A stretch of DNA of 64,000 nt, from assembly GCA_043228905.1 (NCBI GenBank), contig JBHGNT010000018.1:15128001-15192000 (forward strand), read 5' to 3'. Position numbers and translations under genes: made by a program. Origin of the DNA: Azolla caroliniana. Its lineage: Eukaryota > Plantae > Polypodiophyta. The notes below the pieces were generated by a model. The model made no database searches, was not told the DNA's origin, and was given only the letters and a program-made list of their open reading frames with translations. Below are positions 62,233-64,000 of this stretch, one piece after another (positions within the stretch are counted from its first letter, which is position 1; every line of letters starts with the position of its first letter).

Positions 62233-64000
62233 CAATCAAGAGCTTTAGCATATGCGGAATCAACTTCAGCTAACTTTGTCTGCAACATGAAGTTTTTAGA
62301 GACCATGGCAAGGGTCAAAGGAAGATGTGTTTTAGACGCTTCTAACTACAAATGTGGCCATTTGGAATGAAATCATGATAGAATGGACGTTTCGATGAAG
62401 CATTGACTGGTTTTTACATGCTGAAGATTGTTTTCACCTTTATATGTGGTCTTCTAGCTTGTCGTAGCAAAGGCGTTATTGGCAAGGCTGAGAGTTGTAT
62501 TCATGGATTATAATTATCCTTATCTTGCCAAATGCCAAAGCTTATATTTGGTCTTGTCTTTGATAATATATACTTGTGGAGATGAAACAATATTATATAC
62601 TATTTGTATACTGCCTTTGGCCTTTTATTAATACCAATGGAGCATATGTTTGATGGAAAAAATATGTAACTGAACTTCCTAGAGTTTACTCTTGTGATGA
62701 TAAGGTCAATGGTTTGAATTTCCTTTTGATCATGAAAGGAACATGTGGACTTTAGTAGGTCAAATAAAGGTGATGGGATAATTAACATTTTGCTCACATT
62801 AGGCACATTAGGATTTACTATTTTTATTTGCATGAGGGGCTCCAAGGACAAAAAAGCTCGTTGTTAAGGTGGAAGCTTTGTGGGGATTTCGATTGGGCTT
62901 AGGGTTGCGAATAAAGAGAGCGTGTGAGACCAACAATGACAAGAGGCAACAAAGTCGTCGTCTATGGGGATGTTGCACCAAAGTTAAGGAACCCCCCTCT
63001 GAAGCTCTCCTTGCAAATCATATTCTCTTTTATCTTATTTACTTGCAATATAAGCCACGAGTGCCATGTAACAAAGTTGAGTTCATCTGGTTTGTATCTT
63101 ATTCTAATTGTAAGTTCGTAACTTTTATGTAATATGCCTTTTTAATATCCAATAAATTAATTTTTGTAAAACTATTCTCTAATGTAATCGTGATTGAACA
63201 AGGATCATGCAATGATTTTTCAGCTCAAAATTTTCAGAATGATGCATGAAGATACATGAATTTTGGTAAAAATCGACGAGAATGAATTCTGGGACACTAC
63301 ATCAAAAGGCTTGTTGTACCAACACTAAGAATATTCTATGAGGATTGCATCAAAATTTTCAGAATATGATTCTGACCATCAAGAAAAAAGTTATGAGCAT
63401 ACAAGAAATTTTGGATGGCGAGAGTCGAGTCCGCCACACTATGTAGTCGACGTCCCATCCACAGAATGATGCCAAACAAAACAAGGGCCAAAATCATAAT
63501 ATTAAAAACTCCTAAATATTCCTCCAATGGGAAGGGGTTGGATTCAAAAATCTTGAAAATTAAAAAATTAAAAATAATACTAGCAATAAGAAAATTAATA
63601 TTAAAATAAGTAAATAAATAAAAAGTTTTTCCTCAAATTGAGGAAAGTTGTGGGTTTTAGGTTTTGGGATTGGTGGATCTCGGAATATGCAATTTGGCAC
63701 AACGTGGTTGAATATTCAATCCTACCAAGTGCGACTCATTTGTTTAACTCATCAACTGTTAAACATAAATTTCTATTGGTACTCTTATATTTACTTTTTA
63801 GATATCTTATTTTAATCATATTGTGTGCATGAGGGTGTGGATTTTTATTCCTGTTATCACATAAATCAACGATTGCCATTTGAACTATATGTTCCTATTA
63901 ATCATAATTGATTCAATGTGTCTAATTTGAGGTATGTGAAAGTAAGATATTTGGGTTAGATGAGGTGTCAAAGGAGACATGACGCATCGGAACCTTGTTG

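Overview
This window is a gene-free, deeply nested retrotransposon cluster from a eukaryote, probably a non-seed land plant such as a moss (inferred from the element types and plant-type tRNA primer sites). The oldest layer is a decayed LINE ORF2 (1-2324) whose last codons resume about 58 kb later (60265-60322). Ten LTR insertions can be delimited by TG..CA termini and target-site duplications (TSDs). Copia A (2325-15488) contains gypsy B (5110-12860, minus). Gypsy C (15498-60264) contains copia D (16890-29570), gypsy F (31041-38576, minus) and gypsy G (42767-58104). D contains copia LTR derivative E1 and Tcn1-like chromovirus T, and T contains deleted copia E2. G contains the gag-only element H. 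Every pol region carries stops, frameshifts or deletions. The main candidate novelty is in gypsy C and G, which have unrelated LTRs. Both lack a polypurine tract (PPT). In its place, 2 nt before the 3' LTR, each has a copy of the tRNA-Arg 3' end and T-arm with a covarying 13-nt hairpin inserted (an inverted PBS), in addition to a normal tRNA-Arg PBS after the 5' LTR. This suggests both cDNA strands may be tRNA-primed. C and G also share a large extra ORF after integrase. A second lineage (B, F, H) has a tRNA-Trp PBS and 4-bp CG-centred TSDs. B and F show a -1 frameshift/pseudoknot between protease and RT, and B has a Pol III tRNA-like unit inside its LTR. tRNA assignments rest on recalled plant tRNA sequences and need database confirmation.
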